This document shows positions 52,250-61,936 of a DNA stretch of 64,000 nt, piece after piece. How positions within the stretch are numbered: position 1 is the first letter of the stretch; each line of letters opens with the position of its first letter. The position numbers and the translations under genes were made by a program. The DNA is taken from contig CAXXVL010000002.1 of the NCBI GenBank assembly GCA_963667845.2, positions 2,624,001-2,688,000 of the forward strand, given 5' to 3'. This stretch comes from Smithellaceae bacterium. Lineage in GTDB: Bacteria > Desulfobacterota > Syntrophia > Syntrophales > Smithellaceae. Under the pieces are notes generated by a model. That model searched no databases. It saw only the letters and a list, made by a program, of their open reading frames with translations, and was not told where the DNA came from.

Positions 52250-55200
52250 GTGTTTTTAATCCTCGGTGAAAAAACGGCGGATAACCCAACCTATATTATG
52301 ACACCCGGCGCGAAGTATTCTCAACAGGTGGGTGAGAATATCGTTGATGCGGCGCTGGCTTCTGGATTAAGCATTGAAAAGCCATTTACTGCTTGGGGGC
52401 TGCCGGATGCGCCCGTGAATATCGTTAAAGAGAATGGCGATAATATTAAAACCATGATCCTGGCCTATGCGGGATTCTTATCCGTTAACATTGAAGATAA
52501 ATACGGCAATCCCATATCCAATATTCCCGTGACATTTACCGTTCTTCCGGCTGCCGATCAATCCACCTGTTCGAATCCCAACAAAGACACCCGGCAGGCT
52601 GTGTTGATCAAAGAAGACGATGCATGTGTATATAATTCACCTACGCTGGGACAGTGTGTAACTCAAAATACGACGCATACGATAATATCAGCCACCCAAG
52701 GTGCGGCAATTGGTGTGATCCTGGGCGGTATCCCGTATGGCAAGTATCCTTTCGCAGTCAATGCAAGCGGTTTGAACGCCACCTTTAATCTCTTTACGGG
52801 GTCATTTGGCGCCTGTTCACCTTCCACAGACCCCGAGATTGATTTACAAATATCATACGTCTATCCGGTGGATGAGCATGGGAATAATATCAACGCCGGT
52901 AAAGTTGGCAGTAAGATATCCATACAAGCCAAGATGTATTTTCTGAAAGAGAGTGAAACGGATTATACGGGGACTTTTTGCGATCCACAGATAACGTGCA
53001 AAAAAGTGGCTGGCGCTCGGTCGTATGATGCTACAACTGCATTCAGTTCGTCATTCGTCAATTTTGGCGGTCAGGCCGGTGTGAATGCGGGCAATGGTTT
53101 ATTCACAGCGGACTATATTTTGGGACCGGGGTTGAATAAAATTACCGTCACCGGCGGCGCGACAATTCAGGCAAATCGGACAGATATCTGCCCGGCCTGC
53201 CAAACAGCGATTCATGTTATTTCGCAGAACCGCAATGTGGTGATGGAACTTTACGGCATGGACATAAAGATTGATCCGATACCCGTGATATTGATAAATG
53301 AAGTGGGCTATTCCAGAAATGATTGCAGGATCACATACACCATCAGTCCTGTGGATTATAAGGCTTCCGCAGCATACGTGTTTATTTACAAAGACGGCGA
53401 GGTCATTGCCGCTATGCCTACAGAACTTCAAGGCGGCGGCTTTGGAACGATAACGAAAGGTTTTACTTTTAGTCCAAACGCCAAATATGAAGCGGAAGTT
53501 GTTTTGAATTACGGCAGCGCTGTGGAAATCAGAAGCGAAAAGAAACAGCTTGTCATTTTTAAAGATGATGGAACCGGGATCGGTCTGGAGAGATCCTATC
53601 ACCACAGCACTTATGATAGTTTCATCCCGGCGCCGCCGGCATACACCGACGGCTATCAAATACTAAATTTCAAACTTCTGGAAGCCGCTGCCGTGTCTGT
53701 TGCCATTATGGATTCCGATGGCGTTGAAAGAGCAACTGCTGTTGCAGCAACCAGCCTCAGTCAGGGCGATTATAGTTTTGTTGTCGATTACGATATGATC
53801 CGCAGCGCCGGCATTGTGCCAAGCGTATCGAAGTTGTTTTATTTGCGATTGGCTGTCCAGCCCGGCAATGGATCGGATAAATATGAGATCCTTTATCCGG
53901 GGAGATTGCGTGAACGGCATGACGGCAATAATATGCCCGGGCAGCTTATCGTTCATGATGTCATGATTCAGGACGGTTCACTTCATCTGACCCGTAAGGA
54001 TTTATCGCTGAAAGGACGCGGGCCGCAGTTTGATTTTGCACGCAGTTATCATAATCTCAATCAATCGTTCTCCACGGAGTTTATGCCTCTCGGGCCGGGA
54101 TGGAATCACAACTTTGATTTGAAGATTCGGCCGTTGATCACCACATCGGTCCAGACCGGCCCCGTGCCGGGTTTGGTGGCCGATATGAAAGGAAAAATAT
54201 TCCCAGCGGGCAGCGTGCAGATACCGCAGGACTGCATCCTGCTTGCACAGGTCAACGGAACGACCTTCAAGAAAGTCAGTGGAATCTGGTATGCCGAGCG
54301 CGGGCAGCATGGAGCACTGGAAGAGACGGTTTCGGTCTTCATCTTTACCTCCAAGGATGGAACACGTTATACGTATGGCTATCCCTCGGCAAAACCGATG
54401 CCGGTTCAGACCATTCAGGACCGCAACGGCAACACCATGACGTTCACATATGAGCCCTATCTGCAGGGGGACCGTTTAACCTCTGTCAAGGATGCTACCG
54501 GACGCATATTTACTTTCACATATGAGCCGGTGCTGTCATCATCGCGTCTGGTAGAAATAAGCGGGCCGGATGGTATTGAGCTTTTGTTCAGTTACGACAA
54601 ATATGGCAATTTATACAGCGCCCAGCGTGCCGACAGGGTGGAAACCTATGCCTATGAAGCCGAACAGGGTGTTTTTGGCGGGGCATACAATCTAACGGGG
54701 ACGACTGATGCCAACGACAATAGTCTTTCTTACCAGTATCATGCCTTAAGCGAGCTGACGAATTATCAGTCGATTCAAGGATTGAAGCCGCAGGACGTTG
54801 TCAAAACAGTCGCCTATCCGGACGCAAAAAAAGCAAAATTTCAATATGATTTTACGAACAACAAACGCACCATAACGGACCTCAACGAGAATGACATCGT
54901 TTATGTTTTAAACATCTATGGCAATCCTCTACGCATTGAAGAATCGTTGGGCAAGGTAACCCGGATGACATGGTCGATTGATGAAGGTAAAAATGACAAT
55001 GTCATGACCTCCAGAACCAATGCCCGCAATTACACGACCACATATCAATACGACGCCAAAGGCAATATTACCCTGGAGACCGATTCAACGGGCCAATCAA
55101 TTATTACAACATGGAACCAGAAATTCAGCCGGCCGGAAACCAGGACCGACCGCAACGGCGTCAACAGATCGTTGCAGTATGATATCAACAACGGTAATTT

Positions 55201-58200
55201 GCTGAAACAAACCGACGGCGACAGCAAAGTTACGCAATTCGGATACTATACGACAGGCGAAATGAGATCCATGACCGATCCCCACGGCTATGAAACCACA
55301 TATGACTATGATTCCTACGGCAACCCGGCAAAAGTCACCGGTCCGGAAGGCAGTGTGACCGTTTATCAAAATGATATTCGGGGCCGCAAATACACACAGA
55401 CTGACCCCAACGGCAATAAAACGAATTACATCTATGATGCACTCGATTACCTGATCATGGTCAAGCATCCGGCAATTACGCAAAATTCTCTGGCGGAGGG
55501 AGCAAAGGACACGCAGCTATGCACCTATGACGCCCTGGGTAATCTGTTATCGGAAACCAACCGCAACGGCTTGCAGTTGAACTATACTTATACCGGGCGT
55601 AATCAAGTGGACACCGTGACCCGCAGCACAGGCGGCGCCAAGCAGTATAAATACGACGGCAATGGCAATCTGCTTTCAGAAACCGACTGGAAGGGACAAA
55701 CGACCCGGCATGCATATAATGCTTTGAACCAGCGCATCCAGACCATTAACCGTTTGGGTTATGGCATGTTGATGTCGTATGATCTTGAAAGCAATCTCAC
55801 GTCGGCAATCGATTATGAAGGCCGGGTGACGGACTATGCCTATGACCATCTCAATCGCCAGACCGACATCTGGCAGCCTGCGATGGATGGACAGGGCAGG
55901 GGTCACATTGTTAATACCTATTATGCGGAAGCCGACCCGAAAACAAACTTAAAAAGCGTCACTGATCAGGAAAGTAACACGACCTCCTTTGAATATAACG
56001 GACGCTACCTGCAAACCAGGCGGACCAATGCCCTGAATCATACCTATCTGACGGAATATGACGACAGCGGCAACGTCAGCAAAGAAACGGACGAAGAAAA
56101 CAACTTCACAACCTATGTTTACGATAAGCAAAATCGCCGCACATCCGCTACCCGAACGGGCGGCATCGTCACCGGCTATGCCTATGACCTAAACGGCAAT
56201 CAAACCCGGATCACCGATCCGCGCGGCAACACCACGGTAACAGACTATGACAGCTGGAACAGAGCCTACAAAGTAACTGATCCCGATTTTTACACAACTG
56301 TTCTTGTGTCTGACGGCGAAGGCAATAAAGTTCAGGCCAGGGATGGCAACGGTAATTTACGCACCTGGCAGCGCGACGCACAAGGCCGTGTTGTGGTCGC
56401 CGCCAATGCCGAAGGTTATACCACCCAGTATGAATACGATGCCAATGACAATGTTACATCCATGACCGAAGCCAACGGCACGGTTACGACAACCGGCTAC
56501 GATGCCGAAGACCGTCCAGCAACTGTTAAAGAGTCAGCCGCCGGGGGCGTTTCGCGCGAGAAGTCGATTTTATCACGGGACAAAACGGGCAATCCTCTGC
56601 AGGCCAAGGATTATAACGGCTATATTACAACCGCGGCCTACAATAGTTTAAATCTGCCGCAAAGCGTCTGTGATCCGAAGGGCAAGTGCGCCTATACCGA
56701 TTATTTCAAAACTGGCAAGGTGAAGTCGGTCAAAAACAAGCGGGGTTTTACGACATCCTATTTATACGATCCCTTAAACCGCGAATGGAAAGTAACCGAC
56801 GCCAAAGGCCAGATCATCGAAACCAATTATGATAAAGTCGGCAATGTCAAAACCATCAAGGATAAGCGCGGCATTGTTAAAGAAAACACTTACGATCCAC
56901 TCTACCGGCTGACCCAGGTGGTGAAAGACGGCATCAGACTGGTCATCAACGAATACGACGGCAATAACAACCTGACGGCAACGAAAGACGCCAACAACAA
57001 CCGCGTCGAGCATCAATACAACAAGCGCAACCTGCGTGCCGTCACCGCGTATATCAGCGACGGCACAAGCGAAAAGCGCAATTATGACGGCGTCGGCAAT
57101 CTGATGACCCATGTCAACGAAGAAAGCCAGCCCACAGCCTACACGTATGACAAGGAGAACCGCCAGACTTCCGTCACCTTTGCCGGAGAGAAAACGCAAA
57201 AAGCGTATGACAGCGTCGGCAACCTGATATCAACCACGCGGCCCACAGGCACTATCCGTCAAATGAACTATGACGGCTGGAAGCGTCTTACCGCTGTGAT
57301 CGACGACCCGCAGGGGCTCAAACTGACCACAAGCTATCAGTATGATCCCAACAACAACCTGCTGGCCCAGTTTGATCCCCGGGGCACGCGAACCTCCTTC
57401 TTCTATGACGAACTCAACCGGAAGATCCAGCAGAGCAAATCCGTCTATATCACCCGCTATGGCTATGATGAAGAAGGCAACATGACCTCCATGAAGGATG
57501 CCAATGGTCAGACCACCAGCTACACCTATGACGAACTCAACCGCCTGAGCGACTCTGTTTATTCCGAACAGACGATCATCAACGGTTATGATTCCAACAA
57601 CAACCTGACCTCCGTCACCGAGACCAAGACGCAGGCAGGCATCACCGACCTTACAGTCAACACCTACGACAACTTCGACCGCCTGAGCTCAAGCAACCAG
57701 CGCAACCTGACCGTAAATTACGCTTATGACAATAACGGCAACCGCACCTCCGTTGCCACGCCGGCGCAATCCACAACTTACACCTACGACGGCAAAAACC
57801 GGATCAAGACCGCCATTGCCAACAGTCAAACCACGACCTATACCTATACCCCGGCGGGGAAGAAAGACACCATTGCTTATCCCAACAATACCTCCGTCAA
57901 GTACACTTATTTTGACACCAACCGGATCAAGACCATCGAAAACAAATCCGGCGCTGCCGTCATTTCCAGCTATGTCTATGGATACGATCCCAACGGCAAC
58001 CGCACCTCGCAGACGGAATACCAGAACTCGACGACGGAAACCACCACTTACAGCTATGACGGCAACGACCGGATGTTGGACTGGATCATCAGCAACAAAA
58101 CCAGAACCCTTTATACCTATGACGGCTATAACCGGAAGACGGAAACTGTTTACACTCTCAATCCGGAGACCTTGGTTAAACAGCAGACATACGACTACGA

Positions 58201-59815
58201 TGAAACCGACCGTTTAACGCGCACCAGTGACAACGTCAGCGGGAAGACCATCAACTACGCGTATGACAATAATGGCAACACTCTCCGGAAAGTTGATCTA
58301 GGTCAGCCCAATCAGGAAATAAACTTTACCTATGATTCGCGCAATCAACTGACGCAGACCAAACGCGGCCCTCCGGGCAGCGAGACCATTCTGGGACAAT
58401 ACGATTACGACTATGCCGGATTAAGAGTCCGGCACAAAAACTCCGACCGGGGGGATATTGATTATTACTATGACGGCAAATCCATCATCGAAGAGCGAAG
58501 CGCCGCGGGCAACACTCTGTTGGCCCATTACAACTATGCCGACAGGCTGCTTTCACTGCGAACCGGTGCAAGTGTTCAATACTATCATTATGACGCTTTA
58601 GGCAGCACGGTGAATCTGACCAATGAATCGGGAGCAACACAGGTTGGCTACCAGCTTGACCCGTGGGGTCACATCAGAGGAGAGTCCGGTACCAGCGTCA
58701 ACCGGCAGATCTTTACAGGCCAGGAGCATGATCCGAACACCGGCCTCATTTACTTCGGCGCACGGTATTATGATCCGGATACGGCAAGATTTATCACGCA
58801 AGATCCGTATATGGGCGAGCCCAATACGCCACCATCTTTAAACAGGTATCTGTATGCTTACTCTAATCCGATGGTTTATGTGGATTGGGGGGGATATGCG
58901 TCATGGGAATATGGTGCATGGCTAAAAAATATGGGTCCAACGGGTGCTATGTTGTCTAGCGCCAGCAAAGGGATTGAATTCCTCGGAGAGAAAGTTGACC
59001 AATATGTTGAAAAGAATGCCCCCGGCACTGCTAGCATAGTAGTAGCAACATTTTCCAAGACTGCAATAACGGTCAGTAAAGGCGTTGTTGATATACCGAA
59101 AGATGTTGCCGAGCAGAGTGTTGAATTTGCCAAAGACCCAACAAATCTATCTAAGATACCTGTTTTAGGGCAGGTGGGAACAAATTTGGGAGAGAGCGCA
59201 GCAAGATTTGTTAAGAATCCAAATATGGAGACTGGAGTGCAGGCGTTTGGCGCTGGATCGGCTGGATTCTTGATCGTTGCACCATTCTTGCCTAAAGGAC
59301 CGACATTATGGAGAGGCAAGGCTGTAAATACGGAAGCAGCGGTTTCGGTGGAAGCAACCTCGGGTTCTGCTGTTCTGGAAACAACGCAAACAACAGTGCA
59401 GAAGTTTGTGAAGAAGATTGAAACGGCGTGCAAAGAAAGACCGTTGGGTGATAGTAATGTAGATAATGTTCTAAGTGGACATGGTGCTTTTCGACCGAAA
59501 AATGGTTTTATTGAAGTACCAGAAGGAACATCCGTTACGACGTGGACAAAGCATGGCAATACTATATCAGACAAGTTAGGTAATTACATTGAAACAGGAA
59601 AAAATATTAATTTCTTAGAATTTGGCGATGAAATAGTAGGCGCACGAAGTTATTTGCCGGGTTCAAAAATGCCAAATTATACTTTATATCCACCAGAAGG
59701 GTTAAATATTATGGGTAATCCAAGTACCGTAGCATCGCCAACAAATATAAACAGATTACTAAAACCAAATATGGGAAATGTAAAGTGGGCCGCTTGTCAG
59801 GGAATATTACCTTGA
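52250..59815 (+). CDS. RHS/YD-repeat polymorphic toxin (Ig-like domains, DUF6531-like segment, RHS core, variable C-terminal tip)
   Basis: DLSLKGRGPQFDFARSY...LGPGW, dozens of YD repeats, FTGQEHDPNTGLIYFGARYYDP...FITQDP, NPMVYVDWGG; frame is open back to 52124. Confidence 0.93.
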   Translation: MFLILGEKTADNPTYIMTPGAKYSQQVGENIVDAALASGLSIEKPFTAWGLPDAPVNIVKENGDNIKTMILAYAGFLSVNIEDKYGNPISNIPVTFTVLPAADQSTCSNPNKDTRQAVLIKEDDACVYNSPTLGQCVTQNTTHTIISATQGAAIGVILGGIPYGKYPFAVNASGLNATFNLFTGSFGACSPSTDPEIDLQISYVYPVDEHGNNINAGKVGSKISIQAKMYFLKESETDYTGTFCDPQITCKKVAGARSYDATTAFSSSFVNFGGQAGVNAGNGLFTADYILGPGLNKITVTGGATIQANRTDICPACQTAIHVISQNRNVVMELYGMDIKIDPIPVILINEVGYSRNDCRITYTISPVDYKASAAYVFIYKDGEVIAAMPTELQGGGFGTITKGFTFSPNAKYEAEVVLNYGSAVEIRSEKKQLVIFKDDGTGIGLERSYHHSTYDSFIPAPPAYTDGYQILNFKLLEAAAVSVAIMDSDGVERATAVAATSLSQGDYSFVVDYDMIRSAGIVPSVSKLFYLRLAVQPGNGSDKYEILYPGRLRERHDGNNMPGQLIVHDVMIQDGSLHLTRKDLSLKGRGPQFDFARSYHNLNQSFSTEFMPLGPGWNHNFDLKIRPLITTSVQTGPVPGLVADMKGKIFPAGSVQIPQDCILLAQVNGTTFKKVSGIWYAERGQHGALEETVSVFIFTSKDGTRYTYGYPSAKPMPVQTIQDRNGNTMTFTYEPYLQGDRLTSVKDATGRIFTFTYEPVLSSSRLVEISGPDGIELLFSYDKYGNLYSAQRADRVETYAYEAEQGVFGGAYNLTGTTDANDNSLSYQYHALSELTNYQSIQGLKPQDVVKTVAYPDAKKAKFQYDFTNNKRTITDLNENDIVYVLNIYGNPLRIEESLGKVTRMTWSIDEGKNDNVMTSRTNARNYTTTYQYDAKGNITLETDSTGQSIITTWNQKFSRPETRTDRNGVNRSLQYDINNGNLLKQTDGDSKVTQFGYYTTGEMRSMTDPHGYETTYDYDSYGNPAKVTGPEGSVTVYQNDIRGRKYTQTDPNGNKTNYIYDALDYLIMVKHPAITQNSLAEGAKDTQLCTYDALGNLLSETNRNGLQLNYTYTGRNQVDTVTRSTGGAKQYKYDGNGNLLSETDWKGQTTRHAYNALNQRIQTINRLGYGMLMSYDLESNLTSAIDYEGRVTDYAYDHLNRQTDIWQPAMDGQGRGHIVNTYYAEADPKTNLKSVTDQESNTTSFEYNGRYLQTRRTNALNHTYLTEYDDSGNVSKETDEENNFTTYVYDKQNRRTSATRTGGIVTGYAYDLNGNQTRITDPRGNTTVTDYDSWNRAYKVTDPDFYTTVLVSDGEGNKVQARDGNGNLRTWQRDAQGRVVVAANAEGYTTQYEYDANDNVTSMTEANGTVTTTGYDAEDRPATVKESAAGGVSREKSILSRDKTGNPLQAKDYNGYITTAAYNSLNLPQSVCDPKGKCAYTDYFKTGKVKSVKNKRGFTTSYLYDPLNREWKVTDAKGQIIETNYDKVGNVKTIKDKRGIVKENTYDPLYRLTQVVKDGIRLVINEYDGNNNLTATKDANNNRVEHQYNKRNLRAVTAYISDGTSEKRNYDGVGNLMTHVNEESQPTAYTYDKENRQTSVTFAGEKTQKAYDSVGNLISTTRPTGTIRQMNYDGWKRLTAVIDDPQGLKLTTSYQYDPNNNLLAQFDPRGTRTSFFYDELNRKIQQSKSVYITRYGYDEEGNMTSMKDANGQTTSYTYDELNRLSDSVYSEQTIINGYDSNNNLTSVTETKTQAGITDLTVNTYDNFDRLSSSNQRNLTVNYAYDNNGNRTSVATPAQSTTYTYDGKNRIKTAIANSQTTTYTYTPAGKKDTIAYPNNTSVKYTYFDTNRIKTIENKSGAAVISSYVYGYDPNGNRTSQTEYQNSTTETTTYSYDGNDRMLDWIISNKTRTLYTYDGYNRKTETVYTLNPETLVKQQTYDYDETDRLTRTSDNVSGKTINYAYDNNGNTLRKVDLGQPNQEINFTYDSRNQLTQTKRGPPGSETILGQYDYDYAGLRVRHKNSDRGDIDYYYDGKSIIEERSAAGNTLLAHYNYADRLLSLRTGASVQYYHYDALGSTVNLTNESGATQVGYQLDPWGHIRGESGTSVNRQIFTGQEHDPNTGLIYFGARYYDPDTARFITQDPYMGEPNTPPSLNRYLYAYSNPMVYVDWGGYASWEYGAWLKNMGPTGAMLSSASKGIEFLGEKVDQYVEKNAPGTASIVVATFSKTAITVSKGVVDIPKDVAEQSVEFAKDPTNLSKIPVLGQVGTNLGESAARFVKNPNMETGVQAFGAGSAGFLIVAPFLPKGPTLWRGKAVNTEAAVSVEATSGSAVLETTQTTVQKFVKKIETACKERPLGDSNVDNVLSGHGAFRPKNGFIEVPEGTSVTTWTKHGNTISDKLGNYIETGKNINFLEFGDEIVGARSYLPGSKMPNYTLYPPEGLNIMGNPSTVASPTNINRLLKPNMGNVKWAACQGILP

Positions 59816-59855
59816 TCTGAAGGATATTGAAACCTTAAATCATTGGAGGAAAAAT

Positions 59856-60290
59856 ATGGCATATTATACTGATCTTTCACCATACGAGTATATTAAATCA
59901 AAGGCAAAAGATAAGATACTAAATATTGGTTGGCTTGATAAAGAGCATATATTTGCGAAAGGAAAAGTTGATTGCTCGTTATTGGAATTAATTTTTTGCT
60001 TGTGCAGAAGATCCGTTAACAAGACCAGAGGATACCATTTATGTCCTTTTTGCAGTGATCCATCGTTCGGGTTTACTGTTGAAATAAAAAAAGAAAAAAT
60101 TGTTTTAGGGTCAGCTGAGATTTGGGTTAAAGGTGAAGATGGCAAGATATATGCGGCCCCCAATTTAATATACCACTACATTAGAGATCATAATTATCTA
60201 CCACCAAATGAGTTTCTATTGGCAATTAAAAGAGGTGAAATAGTCGATCCTGAAGAGACCCCAGATGGTACCGAGGTGGGACGCCCTTGA
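59856..60290 (+). CDS. Probable immunity protein of the RHS toxin
   Basis: Small AT-rich ORF directly after the toxin with GGAGG RBS; motifs GWL, RGYHLCPFC, LGSAEI, YAAPNLIYHYI..HNYLPP. Confidence 0.7.
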   Translation: MAYYTDLSPYEYIKSKAKDKILNIGWLDKEHIFAKGKVDCSLLELIFCLCRRSVNKTRGYHLCPFCSDPSFGFTVEIKKEKIVLGSAEIWVKGEDGKIYAAPNLIYHYIRDHNYLPPNEFLLAIKRGEIVDPEETPDGTEVGRP

Positions 60291-60392
60291 GGACAACAGG
60301 GACAATAGGGGACGCCCTGAACCTACCCCAGTTTAACGGACACTTCAAAAAGTATACAGAGTCGTATACAATGAAGAAGAAAGGAGTGTCCG

Positions 60393-60698
60393 ATGAGAAA
60401 GCAGAGGCAGTCATTTAGCCGGGAATTTAAGCTGGAAGCAGTGAGGTTAATGGAAGAAGGAAAGAAGCCACCTGCGGAACTAGCCCGGGAGCTTGGGCTA
60501 AGGAGAAACCAGCTTTATAAATGGAAAGAAAAGACGGATCTACATGGTGGCGGTGCGTTTCCCGGACATGGGCGACGAGCTTCAAGCGGAACAGAAGCGG
60601 AAGAGATCAGCAAATTGAAACGCGAGTTGGAACGAGTTAAGGAAGAGAATGAAATCTTAAAAAAAGCCGCAGCGTTCTTTGCGCGGGAAATGAAGTGA
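60393..60698 (+). CDS. IS3 OrfA (HTH)
   Basis: FSREFKLEAVRL, LARELG, ENEILKKAAAFFA; A7G slippery run at 60659-60666. Confidence 0.95.
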   Translation: MRKQRQSFSREFKLEAVRLMEEGKKPPAELARELGLRRNQLYKWKEKTDLHGGGAFPGHGRRASSGTEAEEISKLKRELERVKEENEILKKAAAFFAREMK

Positions 60699-61558
60699 AG
60701 TATCGGTTTATCCGGTCGCAGAGAACGCAATATAGAGTAGCGGTGATGTGTAGAGTATTAGAAGTATCCAGAAGTGGATATTATGGTTGGATGGATCGTC
60801 CGGAGAGCGAACGAACAAAACGGCATCGAGAATTAACCGTTAAGATACGGCAGGCGCATCTTGCCAGCAGGAAGATATATGGCGCGCCGCGCATTCATGG
60901 CGAGTTGATTGATCAAGGGGAACAAGTTGGTCGAAACACCGTGGCCAGTTTGATGCGGAAAGCGAATATTCAATCAAAAGTACATAAACGTTTTGTGGTA
61001 ACGACCGATTCAAGAGGAACCAGAAAACCCGCTGAGAACTTACTAGGCGGAGAATTTACATCAGACACAGCCAATCGGAAGTGGGTATCTGATGTGACGT
61101 TTATCCCGACCCGGAAAGGCTGGTTATATTTATCGGCGATCATGGACCTTTATTCCCGAATGGTTGTTGGCTGGTCAATGGGGGAGAAAAACAGTACCGA
61201 GTTGATTGAGGATGCCTTAAAGATGGCGACGGCTCACAGAAAAAACATTAAGGGCGTGCTTTTGCATTCGGACCAGGGTGTGCAGTATGCGTCGACATCT
61301 TATCAGCAGCTGTTAAGCAACCTGGGTATCATCTGCAGCATGAGCCGGAAAGGTAATTGTTGGGATAATGCACCGATGGAGAGTTTCTTTCATTCTTTGA
61401 AAACCGAGTGGGTAGGCTTTGAGGATTACAAGACCCGATCGGAAGCCCGAGCCAGCCTGTTTGATTACATCGAGCTCTTTTATAATCGCAAACGCAGGCA
61501 TTCTACGTTACAGAACAGAAGTCCCTGGGCCTTTGAAAATGCCGGGGTTGTCCCTTAA
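60695..61558 (+). CDS. IS3 OrfB DDE transposase (-1 frame)
   Basis: VSRSGYY, YGAPRI, WVSDVTF, HSDQGVQY, GNCWDNAPMESFF, YNRKRRHS. Confidence 0.95.
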   Translation: MKYRFIRSQRTQYRVAVMCRVLEVSRSGYYGWMDRPESERTKRHRELTVKIRQAHLASRKIYGAPRIHGELIDQGEQVGRNTVASLMRKANIQSKVHKRFVVTTDSRGTRKPAENLLGGEFTSDTANRKWVSDVTFIPTRKGWLYLSAIMDLYSRMVVGWSMGEKNSTELIEDALKMATAHRKNIKGVLLHSDQGVQYASTSYQQLLSNLGIICSMSRKGNCWDNAPMESFFHSLKTEWVGFEDYKTRSEARASLFDYIELFYNRKRRHSTLQNRSPWAFENAGVVP

Positions 61559-61641
61559 CCGAGGTGTCCGTTTTTCTGGGGGAAGATCACCCGTAAAATA
61601 GCAACTTTCCAGGAGGAGAGGCGGCAAATAGAGGAGAGTAG

Positions 61642-61746
61642 ATGCCTAGATCAGGAAGACTAGACGCGCCAGGCGTATTGCATCACATCATGATCAGAGG
61701 GATAGATCACCGGAAGATTTTCATGGACGATAATGATCGAGGTTGA
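61642..61746 (+). pseudogene. N-terminal fragment of a RAYT/Y1-family transposase
   Basis: Hand translation MPRSGRLDAPGVLHHIMIRGIDHRKIFMDDNDRG*, continuing as VDFLS in the +1 frame; GAGGAG RBS. Confidence 0.8.
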
Positions 61747-61936
61747 TTTTCTATCAATCAAATTGGATTTGATGGAAATATGACCATAGCGTGAAGCAGG
61801 AGCTTCAAATGCAGGTGCGTTTCCAAGCCGGAGCTTGGGAACGAGTCAATGCAAATACTGGAGTCCCAATAACCCTGCAGGTCACACGACGGCGCCGGAA
61901 ATGACAAAAAGCAAAAGATGATGGGAAGGGAAAAAT

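Larger units (their letters stand above)
60318..61589 (+). mobile_element. IS3-family insertion sequence, 1272 bp, apparently intact
   Basis: TG...CA ends; IRL TGAACCTACCCCAGTTTAACGGACACTTC vs IRR reverse complement TGATCTTCCCCCAGAAAAACGGACACCTC; 3-bp CCC target duplication. Confidence 0.95.

Noticed and set aside
58876..59574. 232-aa minus-strand ORF within the toxin tip
   Set aside because: Antisense to the RHS C-terminus with no motif support
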